Notes: generated by a model not told the origin, from the sequence alone. A stretch of DNA of 64,000 nt from Pontiella sp. (GCA_050290185.1 JBNKHE010000001.1:98713-162712), one strand, 5' to 3'; numbered from the stretch's first letter, positions 20,290-29,860 are shown. A program made the numbers and translations.

Positions 20290-20727
20290 CTATTTGCTTT
20301 TAACCACCAGCGTCAGACTTTTCTGACCCACCACTTCAATCACGTGTCCAACTTCGAGTGTTTCCTCCGACTCCGCCTTCCAATCCGTACCGTGCAGTTT
20401 CACCTTACCCGGCACTTCCGGTGTGATGCGCTCGCTGACCTTCCCTTCTTCTCCGGCCAGGGTTTCGGTCAGGGCATCTTTCGAAGTTGCCGATGTGCCC
20501 CCGGTAAAAACCGGCTTAAGGAGTCGGCGCAATCCAAACAACGAGATAAGAGACGCCGCGGCAAAGATCCCCAGCTCAACGGAAAGGGGGGTTGGAAGCA
20601 GCCAGGATATCAGGGCCGTGAACAGCGCACCGAGTCCGAAGAAAAAAAGAATCAGGCCGGGAACTGCAAACTCGCAGATCATTAGGATTATGCCCGTCAG
20701 GGCCCACCAAAACGCAGCGCTAAACAT
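20290..20727 (-). CDS. NfeD-family protein
   Basis: Three TM helices plus GKVKLHGTDWKAES OB-fold; adjacent to SPFH gene. Confidence 0.9.
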   Translation of the reverse strand: MFSAAFWWALTGIILMICEFAVPGLILFFFGLGALFTALISWLLPTPLSVELGIFAAASLISLFGLRRLLKPVFTGGTSATSKDALTETLAGEEGKVSERITPEVPGKVKLHGTDWKAESEETLEVGHVIEVVGQKSLTLVVKSK

Positions 20728-20853
20728 GTCACCCTCCTTTGGGTTTTTCCGATCGGCCATTCCGTCGGCTCTTCCATGGTCGAAAATTTATGTCATGTTG
20801 CAGAAAACTTCGATTACAAAAACATGAGACCTTTGCAACGGATTAGAAGACGG

Positions 20854-20889
20854 AAAAGAAAAAGCCGGCTCCCTGTTGGGGCCGGCTTT
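20854..20889 (-). terminator. Intrinsic terminator
   Basis: AAAGCCGGCTCC/GGGGCCGGCTTT stem with T tract on the minus strand. Confidence 0.75.
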
Positions 20890-20914
20890 ATCAGGTCGAC
20901 TCTATGGCTTGGCG

Positions 20915-21730
20915 CTAGACGCCGCTGAAGGCTTCGAAGCCACCATCAACGGGAATCACGACACCCGTCACGAATTTAGCGGCGTCGGAAATGAGGTAGT
21001 GAATGGTGCCGTAGACTTCATCCTGAGTGCCAAAACGGCGGAACGGCGTCTTGTTGATCACCTGCTGGCCGCGGGCGGTGTAGGAACCGTCCTCGTTGAG
21101 CAGCAGCGCCCGGTTCTGGTTGCCAATGAAGAAGCCGGGGGCCAGTGCGTTGACGCGGATTCGGTCGCCATACTTGATGGCCATTTCGGTGGCCATCCAG
21201 CGGGTAAAATTATCGATCGCGGCCTTGGCGTTGGAATAGCCGAGTACGCGGGTCATGGCGTTCTTGGACGACATGGAGGAAAAGTTGACCACGCAACCGG
21301 ATTTCTGGGCCTTGAACGCCTTGGCGAAGGTCATGGTTGGCATGACCGTGCCCTTGAGGTTGAGGTCGAGCACCTTGGAATAGTCCTCGATCTTGAGGTC
21401 GAACACGTCCTGGTCGGGCCCGATGGTCGCTCCGGGCATGTTTCCGCCGGCGCCGTTGACCAACACATCGATGCGACCGCAGGTATCCATCACTTTTGTG
21501 TAGACTTCGTCGAGCACCTCCTGCTGAAGCACGTTGCAGGCAAAGCCGCAGCATTTGTCGGAAATCTTCCTGGCTTCCTCAACGGTCTCATCGACCTTGT
21601 CCTGGAACAGGTCGAGATAGACCACAAAGGCCCCTTGCTCCTGCAGATATTTGGCGGTTCCACCAGCCAGCACACCCGCGGCCCCTGTAACGGCAATGAC
21701 TTTATCCTGAATATTGAAAAGGTCATTCAT
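20915..21730 (-). CDS. SDR oxidoreductase, D-mannonate oxidoreductase-like
   Basis: TGAAGVL, NGAGGNMPGAT, YSNAK, APGFF...QNR.LL. Confidence 0.88.
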   Translation of the reverse strand: MNDLFNIQDKVIAVTGAAGVLAGGTAKYLQEQGAFVVYLDLFQDKVDETVEEARKISDKCCGFACNVLQQEVLDEVYTKVMDTCGRIDVLVNGAGGNMPGATIGPDQDVFDLKIEDYSKVLDLNLKGTVMPTMTFAKAFKAQKSGCVVNFSSMSSKNAMTRVLGYSNAKAAIDNFTRWMATEMAIKYGDRIRVNALAPGFFIGNQNRALLLNEDGSYTARGQQVINKTPFRRFGTQDEVYGTIHYLISDAAKFVTGVVIPVDGGFEAFSGV

Positions 21731-21795
21731 CTCATCTCCCGCAAATCTCAAAGGTTGTAGATATGAGCATATTGCATCTCCCAAGGCAAGCGAAT

Positions 21796-22422
21796 CTACT
21801 CGTTCCCCCTCACCATCGGAACAAAACGCACATATATATCGGGTATCTCATTGAAGCTTCCGTCGGCCTTTTCGAGGATGACCAGTTGCTGGATGCCAGA
21901 GCCCACCGGAAGGATCATCCTTCCTCCATCCCTGAGCTGTTGCTTGAGTGCCGTCGGAATTTCGCTCGGCGCGCAGGTGACGATGATGGCATCGAACGGC
22001 GCATGCTCCAGCCAACCTTCGTAGCCATCGCCGCATTTGACCGTCACCCTCCCGTAGCCTTCCGCCGCCAAAACCTTTTTAGCATGATCCGCGAGCGAGG
22101 GCACTACCTCTATGCTGAACACCGTGGCGCCTATTTCCGAAAGTATTGCAGCCTGATAGCCCGAACCCGTTCCGACTTCCAGAATCTTCATACCCGGCTT
22201 CACATCGATACGCTGGGTCATGTAGGCCACGATGAAGGGTTGGGAGATCGTCTGCCCGTGGCCGATCGGACAGGGATGGTCGCCGTAGGGATCGACCCGA
22301 TCGCGGAGCTCGGCGGGTATGTACACATGCCGCCGCACCTGTTCCATGGCGGCCAGAACACGCTCGTCATGGATCTTGTAGTGCCGGAGAACGTCCACCA
22401 TTGCCTTGCGTTCAGCATCCAT
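21796..22422 (-). CDS. pcm: Protein-L-isoaspartate O-methyltransferase
   Basis: GQTISQP, LEVGTGSGYQAA, APFDAIIVT, VRFVPM. Confidence 0.96.
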   Translation of the reverse strand: MDAERKAMVDVLRHYKIHDERVLAAMEQVRRHVYIPAELRDRVDPYGDHPCPIGHGQTISQPFIVAYMTQRIDVKPGMKILEVGTGSGYQAAILSEIGATVFSIEVVPSLADHAKKVLAAEGYGRVTVKCGDGYEGWLEHAPFDAIIVTCAPSEIPTALKQQLRDGGRMILPVGSGIQQLVILEKADGSFNEIPDIYVRFVPMVRGNE

Positions 22423-22456
22423 CTCCGCCTCCTCTGCCGGACAGCCGGATGTCAGC

Positions 22457-22759
22457 CTATTGGCTTTGCTTCGCGATCACGCTGTTGACCTTGTCTTCAA
22501 GCGACTGTTCCCGATCGTTCCGGGTTCCCAGCTTGATATTGGTATGAATCCGCGGAGCACCCATCCCGTGTACCTTTTCATGGCATGCCTTGATCGCGGC
22601 GAACACGTCGTCCCACTCGCCTTCGATATTGGTTCCGTTGGCATGCAGCTGGGTCTTCAGCCCGGGCCGGTTTAGGATTTCTTCGCAGGCGGCCACATAC
22701 TTGGAGAGAGACACGCCCACGCCAATCGGAACCACGGTTAAATCAACGATAACCTTCAT
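22457..22759 (-). CDS. MTH1187/thiamine-binding (DUF77) protein
   Basis: VVPIG...SLSKYVA, GTNIEGEWD, R.D......KV.SV. Confidence 0.9.
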   Translation of the reverse strand: MKVIVDLTVVPIGVGVSLSKYVAACEEILNRPGLKTQLHANGTNIEGEWDDVFAAIKACHEKVHGMGAPRIHTNIKLGTRNDREQSLEDKVNSVIAKQSQ

Positions 22760-24549
22760 GCCTTTTCCTCCTCATCCGTCCACACCGATTTTTGCCATTT
22801 CCGGACCGAATTAACCAGAAAAACCTCACTCGCCGAGCGCAGGTCCTCGATGGAAACAATCCCCTCTTCGATCTCGCCGTTTTTCAGTAAATGTTCCCGG
22901 AAGGTTCCGGCCAGCAGGCCGCATTCGACCGGCGGCGTGATGAGCTTGCCGTTCTTTCGGACCACAACGTTTGCGATACACCCTTCCGTCACCTCGCCGC
23001 GTTCGTTCCACAGAATCACCTCGTCGCAATCCGGAAAATCGGCCTTCGCTTTTTCATAGACATCGCGATGGGTGGTTTTGTGGCACAGGAATACGTCCTG
23101 CGGATCAATCGGCTCTTTCGAGAGAGCAATCTTCAAGGTAGGGACAGCTGTCCCAGCCGTCCGCGGCGCAACGGGAAAACTCTGCACCTCACACATACCG
23201 TCCCGGGAAACCAGCAATCTCAGACGCCTAGGCGATTCATCGAATTCCGAAACCACTCGGTCCAGCTCTTCCTGAATGGCATAGACATCCAGTGGAACAT
23301 CGAAATAGGCCGCCGATTTCCCCAATCGTTGCATATGCTCGTTCAACAAAAATATTCCACTGCCAGGCTCCCACAGCATGGTTTCGAGCAGCTGGAACTC
23401 CGGTCTTGGTTGCGTCAGCACCCGCGCCTTGGTCAGTGTTTCCTCGTATTCGGCTTCCGCGTCGGAATCCCATACGATGCCGCCGCCGACGCCGTATTCC
23501 AGCGTGCCGGCCTCGCGATCGATCAGCGCGGTCCGGATCGCCACATTGAAGCACGCCTCGCCTTGCGGCGTAATGAAGCCCATGCTGCCGGTGTAGATTT
23601 TCCGCGGGGTCGTTTCCAGCCCTGTGATGATCTCCATCGTCTTCGCCTTCGGCGCACCCGTGATGGACGCGCAGGGGAAAAGCGCACGAAACAGGTCTGT
23701 GAACGTAGACGCGCCGCCCTCCTCGCGTTCGCCCGATGCGTTATGACGCGACGAGGGCGTCGCGTCTACGACTCCTTGCACCGTGGAGGTCATCTGCCAG
23801 ACGGTGGGATATTTTTCGACATCGTATTTGCTGACCGTTTCGACGCTTCCCGGCTCGGCGATCCGGCCGATATCGTTGCGGATCATGTCGACGATCATGA
23901 TGTTTTCGGCGCGGTCCTTTTCCGAATTCCGCAACATTTCCGCCTGTTTCCAATCCTCGGAAAAGGTTCGCCCGCGACGCGCCGTACCCTTCATCGGGCG
24001 CGAAACTATGCGGCCTTCATTGAAGCTGAAGAAGAGTTCGGGCGAAGCCGAGCAAATGCTAAAATCCTCGGCTTCCACATAGGCCGCATATTCCGTCTTC
24101 TGGCCTTTCACCAGTTCATGGAAAAACGCCCACGCATCGCCGGAAAAAGTCCCGTTCAAGCGATAGGTATAGTTCACCTGATAGGTCGCCCCCTCAGCAA
24201 TCCGCTCCTTGATTTCGCCGATAGCCTCAACAAAATCGTTTTCCGAGACCGAAGGAATCAGCTCGCCCACATCAAACGAAGCCGTCGGAGCCTCCTCGAT
24301 CTCCTCCAGCACCTCCGGCGCATGGAAAAGCCCGAGACAAAGGACCGGAAATCCTTCGGAGGGCAGGGTTTTCAGGGCGGAGTCGAAGGCGGGAGCCGCC
24401 TCGTAGGAAACAAAACCGGCGGCAAACAAGCCGGATTCCTCCGCCTCGCGCACCATCGGCAAGACCTCCTCGATCAGCTCCGTGCGAAGCACCTTTTTCG
24501 GCTGGCTGAAATGGAGCCAACGCCCCGCATGCTTGAGTACTACTTTCAT
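22756..24549 (-). CDS. pabB: Aminodeoxychorismate synthase component I fused to class-IV aminotransferase/lyase domain
   Basis: YQVNYT, SPELFF, PMKGT, AENIMIVDMIRND, FPCASITGAPK, NVAIRT; C-terminal HKTT.R, EG...N, GLLAGTFR. Likely start 24549. Confidence 0.93.
   Translation of the reverse strand: MKVVLKHAGRWLHFSQPKKVLRTELIEEVLPMVREAEESGLFAAGFVSYEAAPAFDSALKTLPSEGFPVLCLGLFHAPEVLEEIEEAPTASFDVGELIPSVSENDFVEAIGEIKERIAEGATYQVNYTYRLNGTFSGDAWAFFHELVKGQKTEYAAYVEAEDFSICSASPELFFSFNEGRIVSRPMKGTARRGRTFSEDWKQAEMLRNSEKDRAENIMIVDMIRNDIGRIAEPGSVETVSKYDVEKYPTVWQMTSTVQGVVDATPSSRHNASGEREEGGASTFTDLFRALFPCASITGAPKAKTMEIITGLETTPRKIYTGSMGFITPQGEACFNVAIRTALIDREAGTLEYGVGGGIVWDSDAEAEYEETLTKARVLTQPRPEFQLLETMLWEPGSGIFLLNEHMQRLGKSAAYFDVPLDVYAIQEELDRVVSEFDESPRRLRLLVSRDGMCEVQSFPVAPRTAGTAVPTLKIALSKEPIDPQDVFLCHKTTHRDVYEKAKADFPDCDEVILWNERGEVTEGCIANVVVRKNGKLITPPVECGLLAGTFREHLLKNGEIEEGIVSIEDLRSASEVFLVNSVRKWQKSVWTDEEEKA
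23138..23162 (+). repeat. Single GTAG-type REP-like palindrome inside pabB
   Basis: GTAG-GGACAGCTG-TCC-CAGCCGTCC (8/9 paired stem after GTAG). Confidence 0.6.
23704..23770. repeat. Inverted REP doublet (REPIN-like) inside pabB
   Basis: GTAGACGCGCCGCCCTCCTCGCGT-17 nt-ACGCGACGAGGGCGTCGCGTCTAC; arms 22/24 complementary; each arm is GTAG plus a hairpin. Confidence 0.8.
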
Positions 24550-24645
24550 TTTGATCGGCTTCCTTATGCTGGCTCCATGATCGGCGCCGAACATCACATA
24601 TTTCCCTTGCCCTACAAAGCCGTTTATCACCAAATAGCTGATTCC

Positions 24646-25566
24646 ATGGAGACCAGCAAAACACAACAGATAAAGGGCATAGTATTCAACATCCAACGGT
24701 TTTCGCTCCACGACGGGCCGGGGATACGTACAACGGCTTTCCTGAAAGGTTGTCCGTTGAACTGCCGCTGGTGCCACAATCCCGAGGGTATTTTTGACCA
24801 ACCGGAACTTCTCTACTCGCAAGACCGGTGTACCGGATGTGGCGCCTGCATTCCGGTTTGCCCAGAAAACGCCATCACTCCGCGCCGGGATACCGTGCAG
24901 ATTTGGGAGGTATGCACCCATTGCGGATTGTGTGTCGATGCCTGTCCCGAGCAGGCGCTGGAAATGTCGGGACGGATCACGAACTCGGAGGCGGTTGCCA
25001 ACGAGCTGGCCCGCGACCTCATCTTCTACGAGGAATCCGGCGGTGGCATTACCCTCTCCGGCGGAGAACCGCTGGCCCAGCCGGACTTTGCCATCGATAT
25101 CCTCCGGCGGTGCAAGGAAGGCGGCCTGCATACGGCGCTCGACACCACCGGCTTCGTGGACTCCGACATTCTCCTTGCCGCCGCCCCCTTCACCGACCTG
25201 TTCCTGTACGACTTCAAGCACCCGGTTTCGACCGCCCATGAGCAATATACGGATGTTCCGAATGAACTGATTATTCAAAACCTGAAAACGCTCTGTTTGC
25301 GCGGCGAGAACGTGCTGGTTCGCCAACCGATCGTCCCAGGTTTCAACGATGCCCCCGAAGTCGTCGAACGTACCGGGGAAACATTGGTGGCCTGCGGTGT
25401 CGAGCGGTTGGAAATCCTTTCCTACCACACGTTCGGAAGAAGCAAGCACGGCAAAGTGATCCGAGGCACTTCAGTAATGGATTGGGCGGTTCCTTCTTCC
25501 GAGCAAATGCTTGCAATCCAAGCCATTCTTGGCAAATTCCCGTTCGAAACCCTTATTGGAGAGTAA
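24646..25566 (+). CDS. Glycyl-radical enzyme activating protein (radical SAM with 2x[4Fe-4S] insert)
   Basis: HDGPGIRTTAFLKGCPLNCRWCHNPEG; CTGCGACIPVCP; CTHCGLCVDACP; GGITLSGGEP. Confidence 0.95.
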   Translation: METSKTQQIKGIVFNIQRFSLHDGPGIRTTAFLKGCPLNCRWCHNPEGIFDQPELLYSQDRCTGCGACIPVCPENAITPRRDTVQIWEVCTHCGLCVDACPEQALEMSGRITNSEAVANELARDLIFYEESGGGITLSGGEPLAQPDFAIDILRRCKEGGLHTALDTTGFVDSDILLAAAPFTDLFLYDFKHPVSTAHEQYTDVPNELIIQNLKTLCLRGENVLVRQPIVPGFNDAPEVVERTGETLVACGVERLEILSYHTFGRSKHGKVIRGTSVMDWAVPSSEQMLAIQAILGKFPFETLIGE

Positions 25567-25569
25567 GCC

Positions 25570-27903
25570 ATGAACGAACGCGTTGCCAAGCTGCGACAGG
25601 AAAGCCTCGATGCCGTGCCCCATATCTCGTTGGAACGCGCCCGGCTCGAAACCGAGGTGTACCGGCAATACGGCGATTCCCTACCTATCCCAATCCTGCG
25701 CGCGCGCGTCTTCGAAAAACTCATGGCCGAGAAAAAAATTTCCATCGCCGACGGCGAGTTGATTGTCGGCGAGCGCGGCGAATGCGCCGGCGCCACCCCG
25801 ACGTTTCCCGAACTGTGCTGCCACACGATGGAAGACCTCGACATCATGAACCACCGGGAAAAGATCTGGTTCAAGGTATCGCCCGAGGCCCGCGAGTTCC
25901 ACGAAGCCGAAATCATCCCCTTCTGGGAAAAGCGCGCCCTACGCAACAAGATCGTCGGCTCCATGACCGATGAATGGCGCGAATGCTACGCTGCCGGTAT
26001 TTTTACCGAATTCATGGAACAGCGTGGCCCGGGCCACACCGTGGCCGACGACAAAATCTACCAAAAGGGTTTCTGCGACTTCCAGCAGGACATCCTTGAT
26101 GCCATGAATGCCGTGGGCGACGACCCGGCCAAGAAGGCTGAGTTGGAAGCCATGATGATTACCTCCGAGGCGATCATCACGCTGGGCCGTCGCTATGCCG
26201 AGCTAGCCGAGCGGATGGCCGCATCCGAGTCTGACTCGGTCCGCAAGGCCGAGCTGGAATCGATCGCGATGGTCTGCCGCCGCGTGCCTGCCGAAAAGCC
26301 GCGCACCTTCCACGAAGCGCTGCAGATGTACTGGTTTGTCCACGTCGGCGTCATTACGGAAATGAACAACTGGGATGCCTTCAATCCCGGTCGTCTCGAC
26401 CAGCATCTCAACCCCTTCTACCAGCAGGATCTCGCCGACGGATCGCTCGACGCCGACAAGGCGAAGGAACTGCTCCAATGTCTGTGGGTCAAATTCAACA
26501 ACCACCCTGCCCCGCCGAAGGTGGGTGTTACGCTAAAGGAGAGCGGAACCTACACCGATTTTGCCAACATTAACAGCGGCGGCCTGACCATTGACGGTGA
26601 AGACGGAGTCAACGACGTCACCTGGCTCGTCCTCGACGTGATCGACGAAATGCGCCTGTTGCAACCCAGCTCCAACGTGCAGGTGAGCCGCAAGAATCCC
26701 GACGAATTCGTCAAACGCGCCGCCAAAATCGTTCGCAAGGGCTGGGGCCAGCCGTCGTTCTTCAATGCCGACGCGGTCGTCGAAGAAATGCTGCGTATGG
26801 GAAAGAGCATCGAGGATGCCCGTTGCGGCGGCACCAGCGGCTGCGTCGAAACCGGAGCCTTCGGCAAGGAGGCCTACATCCTCACCGGCTACTTCAACCT
26901 GCCCAAGGTTTTAGAGATTACGCTGAACAACGGTGTGGATCCCATGACCGGCAAGCAGCTTGGCACCAAAACGACCTTCAACTCCTACGACGAACTATTC
27001 GAGGCCTTCAAACAGCAACTGCACTATTTCATCGAAATCAAGGTCGACGGCAACAACACCATCGAAAAGCTCTACGCCGAGCAGATGCCCGTCCCGTTCC
27101 TCTCCACCATCATTTCCGACTGCATCCAAAACGGAAAGGACTACAATGCCGGCGGCGCACGCTACAACACCATGTATATCCAAGGCGTCGGCATCGGCAC
27201 TATGACCGACAGCCTCTGCGCCATCCGCAAGCAGGTCTACGAGGAACAAAACTTTTCGATGGATGAACTGCTCGTGGCGCTGGAAAACGACTTCGAGGGC
27301 TATGAAGCCATTCGCAGCAAACTCTTCAACCAGTCGCCAAAGTACGGCAACGACGATGACGAGGCCGACGCGGTCATGCGCGCCGTGTTCGATGCCTTCC
27401 ACGACGAAGTAACGGGCCGCCCCTGCATGAAAGGCGGCAAGTACGCCATCAACATGCTACCCACCACCTGCCATGTCTACTTCGGCTCCGTGATCGGAGC
27501 CACCCCCTGCGGACGCAAGGCCCATATGCCGCTTCCCGAGGGCATCTCCCCCTCCAAGGGTGCGGATCGCAAAGGACCGACGGCCGTCATCCAGTCCGCC
27601 GCAAAAATGGGCCACCTTGACACCGGCGGCACTCTACTGAACCAGAAGTTTACGCCGCAGGTGATGGCCGGCCAACGGGGAATCGACAACATGAGCTCGC
27701 TTGTGCGCGCCTATTTCCGGATGGACGGCCATCACATCCAGTTCAACGTGATCGACAAGCAGACCCTGCTCGATGCGCAGAAGTATCCGGATGAACACTC
27801 CGACCTCATCGTGCGCGTCGCCGGATACAGCGATTATTTCAACAACCTCGACAAGGTCCTGCAGGACGAAATCATCGCCCGCACCGAGCAGGATTTCGGC
27901 TGA
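25570..27903 (+). CDS. hypD: Trans-4-hydroxy-L-proline dehydratase (glycyl radical enzyme)
   Basis: EQRGPGH, NWDAFNPGR, ESGTYTDFANIN, GTSGCVETG, LPTTCH, RVAGYS match HypD signature residues as I recall them. Confidence 0.88.
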   Translation: MNERVAKLRQESLDAVPHISLERARLETEVYRQYGDSLPIPILRARVFEKLMAEKKISIADGELIVGERGECAGATPTFPELCCHTMEDLDIMNHREKIWFKVSPEAREFHEAEIIPFWEKRALRNKIVGSMTDEWRECYAAGIFTEFMEQRGPGHTVADDKIYQKGFCDFQQDILDAMNAVGDDPAKKAELEAMMITSEAIITLGRRYAELAERMAASESDSVRKAELESIAMVCRRVPAEKPRTFHEALQMYWFVHVGVITEMNNWDAFNPGRLDQHLNPFYQQDLADGSLDADKAKELLQCLWVKFNNHPAPPKVGVTLKESGTYTDFANINSGGLTIDGEDGVNDVTWLVLDVIDEMRLLQPSSNVQVSRKNPDEFVKRAAKIVRKGWGQPSFFNADAVVEEMLRMGKSIEDARCGGTSGCVETGAFGKEAYILTGYFNLPKVLEITLNNGVDPMTGKQLGTKTTFNSYDELFEAFKQQLHYFIEIKVDGNNTIEKLYAEQMPVPFLSTIISDCIQNGKDYNAGGARYNTMYIQGVGIGTMTDSLCAIRKQVYEEQNFSMDELLVALENDFEGYEAIRSKLFNQSPKYGNDDDEADAVMRAVFDAFHDEVTGRPCMKGGKYAINMLPTTCHVYFGSVIGATPCGRKAHMPLPEGISPSKGADRKGPTAVIQSAAKMGHLDTGGTLLNQKFTPQVMAGQRGIDNMSSLVRAYFRMDGHHIQFNVIDKQTLLDAQKYPDEHSDLIVRVAGYSDYFNNLDKVLQDEIIARTEQDFG

Positions 27904-27981
27904 GTAAGATGTGATGCCGTTAGCTGTTTAGCGTAGATGCTACTCTCCTGGCAGATGCTGTGTAACCAATTGCGATACTGC

Positions 27982-28011
27982 CCACCTCCCGGTAACTCGG
28001 GAGGTGGTTTT
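27982..28011 (+). terminator. Intrinsic terminator after hypD
   Basis: CCACCTCCCG/CGGGAGGTGG stem followed by TTTT. Confidence 0.75.
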
Positions 28012-28028
28012 CTGTGTTTGGCTCAACG

Positions 28029-28445
28029 TTATTTTCGATAGCGGCGTTCGGATTCAGCAATCGGGATGTCATTGGCACTCATGTCGCGCCGTTGCATGAG
28101 TCCGTTTGAATCGAATTCCCAATGCTCGTTCCCATGGGTGCGGTACCATTGTCCGTCAACCGCATTGCGGTACTCATATTCAAACCGTACTGAGATTCGG
28201 TTATCGGTAAAAGCCCAGAGCTCTTTCATTAGCCGATAATCGAGCTCCTTTTCCCATTTCTTTTTGAGAAAGGTCTTAATGGCTTTGCGGCCGGCAAAAA
28301 ACTCACCGCGATTCCGCCATTTCGAATCTTCGGTATAGGCCAGTGCAACCCTCTCCGGATCGCAGCTGTTCCATCCGTCTTCTGCTGCCTGAACTTTGGC
28401 CAGAGCAGTTTCACGCGTGAAGGGGGGAACTAATTTTATACTCAT
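28029..28445 (-). CDS. DUF1348/SnoaL-like (NTF2 fold) protein
   Basis: [41 protein letters not shown]. Confidence 0.92.
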   Translation of the reverse strand: MSIKLVPPFTRETALAKVQAAEDGWNSCDPERVALAYTEDSKWRNRGEFFAGRKAIKTFLKKKWEKELDYRLMKELWAFTDNRISVRFEYEYRNAVDGQWYRTHGNEHWEFDSNGLMQRRDMSANDIPIAESERRYRK

Positions 28446-28560
28446 TTTCTTTATCTCCTTTGGTTTCTAACAGTTTCTCCAGCTCAGCGATACGTGTTTT
28501 GAGGGGCTGGAGCATTTCTCTTCTTCAGTGAAGCGGCGAGTGATGTGCCGGGGGCAGGTT
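28446..28560 (-). pseudogene. Frameshifted C-terminal remnant of a pyridoxamine-5'-phosphate-oxidase-like FMN-binding protein
   Basis: TCPRHITRRFTEEE in one frame, then LQPLKTRIAELEKLL in another; resembles the family tail NCPQHITPRF..E....PL..RIAELE. Confidence 0.55.
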
Positions 28561-28576
28561 TGACCTTGGGATCAGG

Positions 28577-28828
28577 TTATGATTGTTCCGCAGAACACGG
28601 GAACGGGACCCATAACTTAAGGCTCATGGAGCCAACGGCCAAGAGGCCACAAGCAAGGGACACCAACGCTGCAGCAGTGTAAAATCCGATACTCCACACC
28701 TGTGCAATGCATTGCGGAAGGGTCGCCCCGCCAATGGGAACCAGTGACCATATCAACAACACAGTAAACAACGTGTTCATCATGATGAGACTACTCCAGA
28801 AGATGAGCGCTATACGTATAGGTTTCAT
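28577..28828 (-). CDS. Small 2-TM hypothetical protein (83 aa)
   Basis: Two hydrophobic segments; purine-rich sequence before ATG at 28828. Confidence 0.45.
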   Translation of the reverse strand: MKPIRIALIFWSSLIMMNTLFTVLLIWSLVPIGGATLPQCIAQVWSIGFYTAAALVSLACGLLAVGSMSLKLWVPFPCSAEQS

Positions 28829-28950
28829 TTTCCTGATACCTCTTGAAGCGATTACGGGAGACCACTTCCTCAGCCGATAGTTGACCGGGGCGCGGCCACG
28901 GTTCCTTTCCTGAGCTGTTTGCAAAAAGCAGAACAAGAAAGATACCGCGT

Positions 28951-29799
28951 TTACGGATTCCAAATTCCTGTTCCCGCTGCGTTTGCTGCGTATGCCGAAA
29001 AGTCCCGGGGCGGTCGGCCCAATGCACGCTGAACACCATCCGTGACGTTAGAGTTTCGGCCATCGAGAACGGTGTTGAAAAGATATGCAGTAAGATCAAC
29101 AACATCCTGCGGCACACCCTCCTCAGTCATCCCGGAGACAAGCTGTTCGTTGGTAATCGGTACATAGCGAATATCTCGTCCAGCTGCCGTTGCAATTTCA
29201 GTAACGGCGTCAGCGAAGGTGAGCAGCCGCGGTCCGGTGACTTCGTAGAGCTGTCCGTGGTGTCCATCCTCGGTTAGGGCTGTCACAACAACATCGGCAA
29301 TATCGTCCACATCAATGAAAGGTTCGTATACGTCGCCGGCCGGCAGGGCCAAAACACCCTCGCGAAGCGGATCTAAAAAGAAGCCCTCACTAAAGTTCTG
29401 GTTAAACCAGCTGGCACGAACGATCGTCCATGCAATCCCAGAGTTCTGTACAATCTTTTCACACTGCATTGCAGCCTCTTCCCCACGCCCCGACAGAAGA
29501 ACCAGATGCTCTACACCGTTGCGGGAAGCGAGTTCTGTAAACCGGCGGATTGCAACGGGGGCTGCGGGCACGGCAAGATCCGGATAGTACGTTAGGTAAA
29601 CGGAAACGATATTCTGCAATGCGGGTTCCCACGTGGATTCATTTTCCCAATCAAAGGGAATTTCGCTCGCTCGAGAACCGATACGCGTTGGTACGCCACG
29701 GTCCGCAAGCCGTTTCGCCACACGGCGGCCTGTTTTTCCGGTGCCACCGATGACCAGTATGTTATCTTTCCGCACTAATGTTTTTGTTGCTGCTTTCAT
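28951..29799 (-). CDS. NmrA-like NAD(P)H-binding protein
   Basis: GGTGKTGRRVA, LLSGRGE, WFNQNFSE, YEVTGP, VLDGRN. Confidence 0.92.
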   Translation of the reverse strand: MKAATKTLVRKDNILVIGGTGKTGRRVAKRLADRGVPTRIGSRASEIPFDWENESTWEPALQNIVSVYLTYYPDLAVPAAPVAIRRFTELASRNGVEHLVLLSGRGEEAAMQCEKIVQNSGIAWTIVRASWFNQNFSEGFFLDPLREGVLALPAGDVYEPFIDVDDIADVVVTALTEDGHHGQLYEVTGPRLLTFADAVTEIATAAGRDIRYVPITNEQLVSGMTEEGVPQDVVDLTAYLFNTVLDGRNSNVTDGVQRALGRPPRDFSAYAANAAGTGIWNP

Positions 29800-29860
29800 C
29801 GTTTTTTCCTTCTGGGGTTCCGGCCGGGAAGACCCCGGCCGTTTTTCAGTTTGATCTTAC

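Noticed and set aside
19282..21760. Long plus-strand ORFs (328 aa, 294 aa) and similar shadow ORFs throughout the window
   Set aside because: Antisense shadows of genes with clear motifs (SPFH, SDR)
22756..25566. Two ~890-aa ORFs overlapping on opposite strands
   Set aside because: They are the divergent pabB (start 24549) and activase (start 24646) genes, each extended through the other's antisense strand in the same codon register. TTA/CTA/TCA codons are rare in these genes, so antisense stops are rare, and the extensions carry no recognisable motifs.
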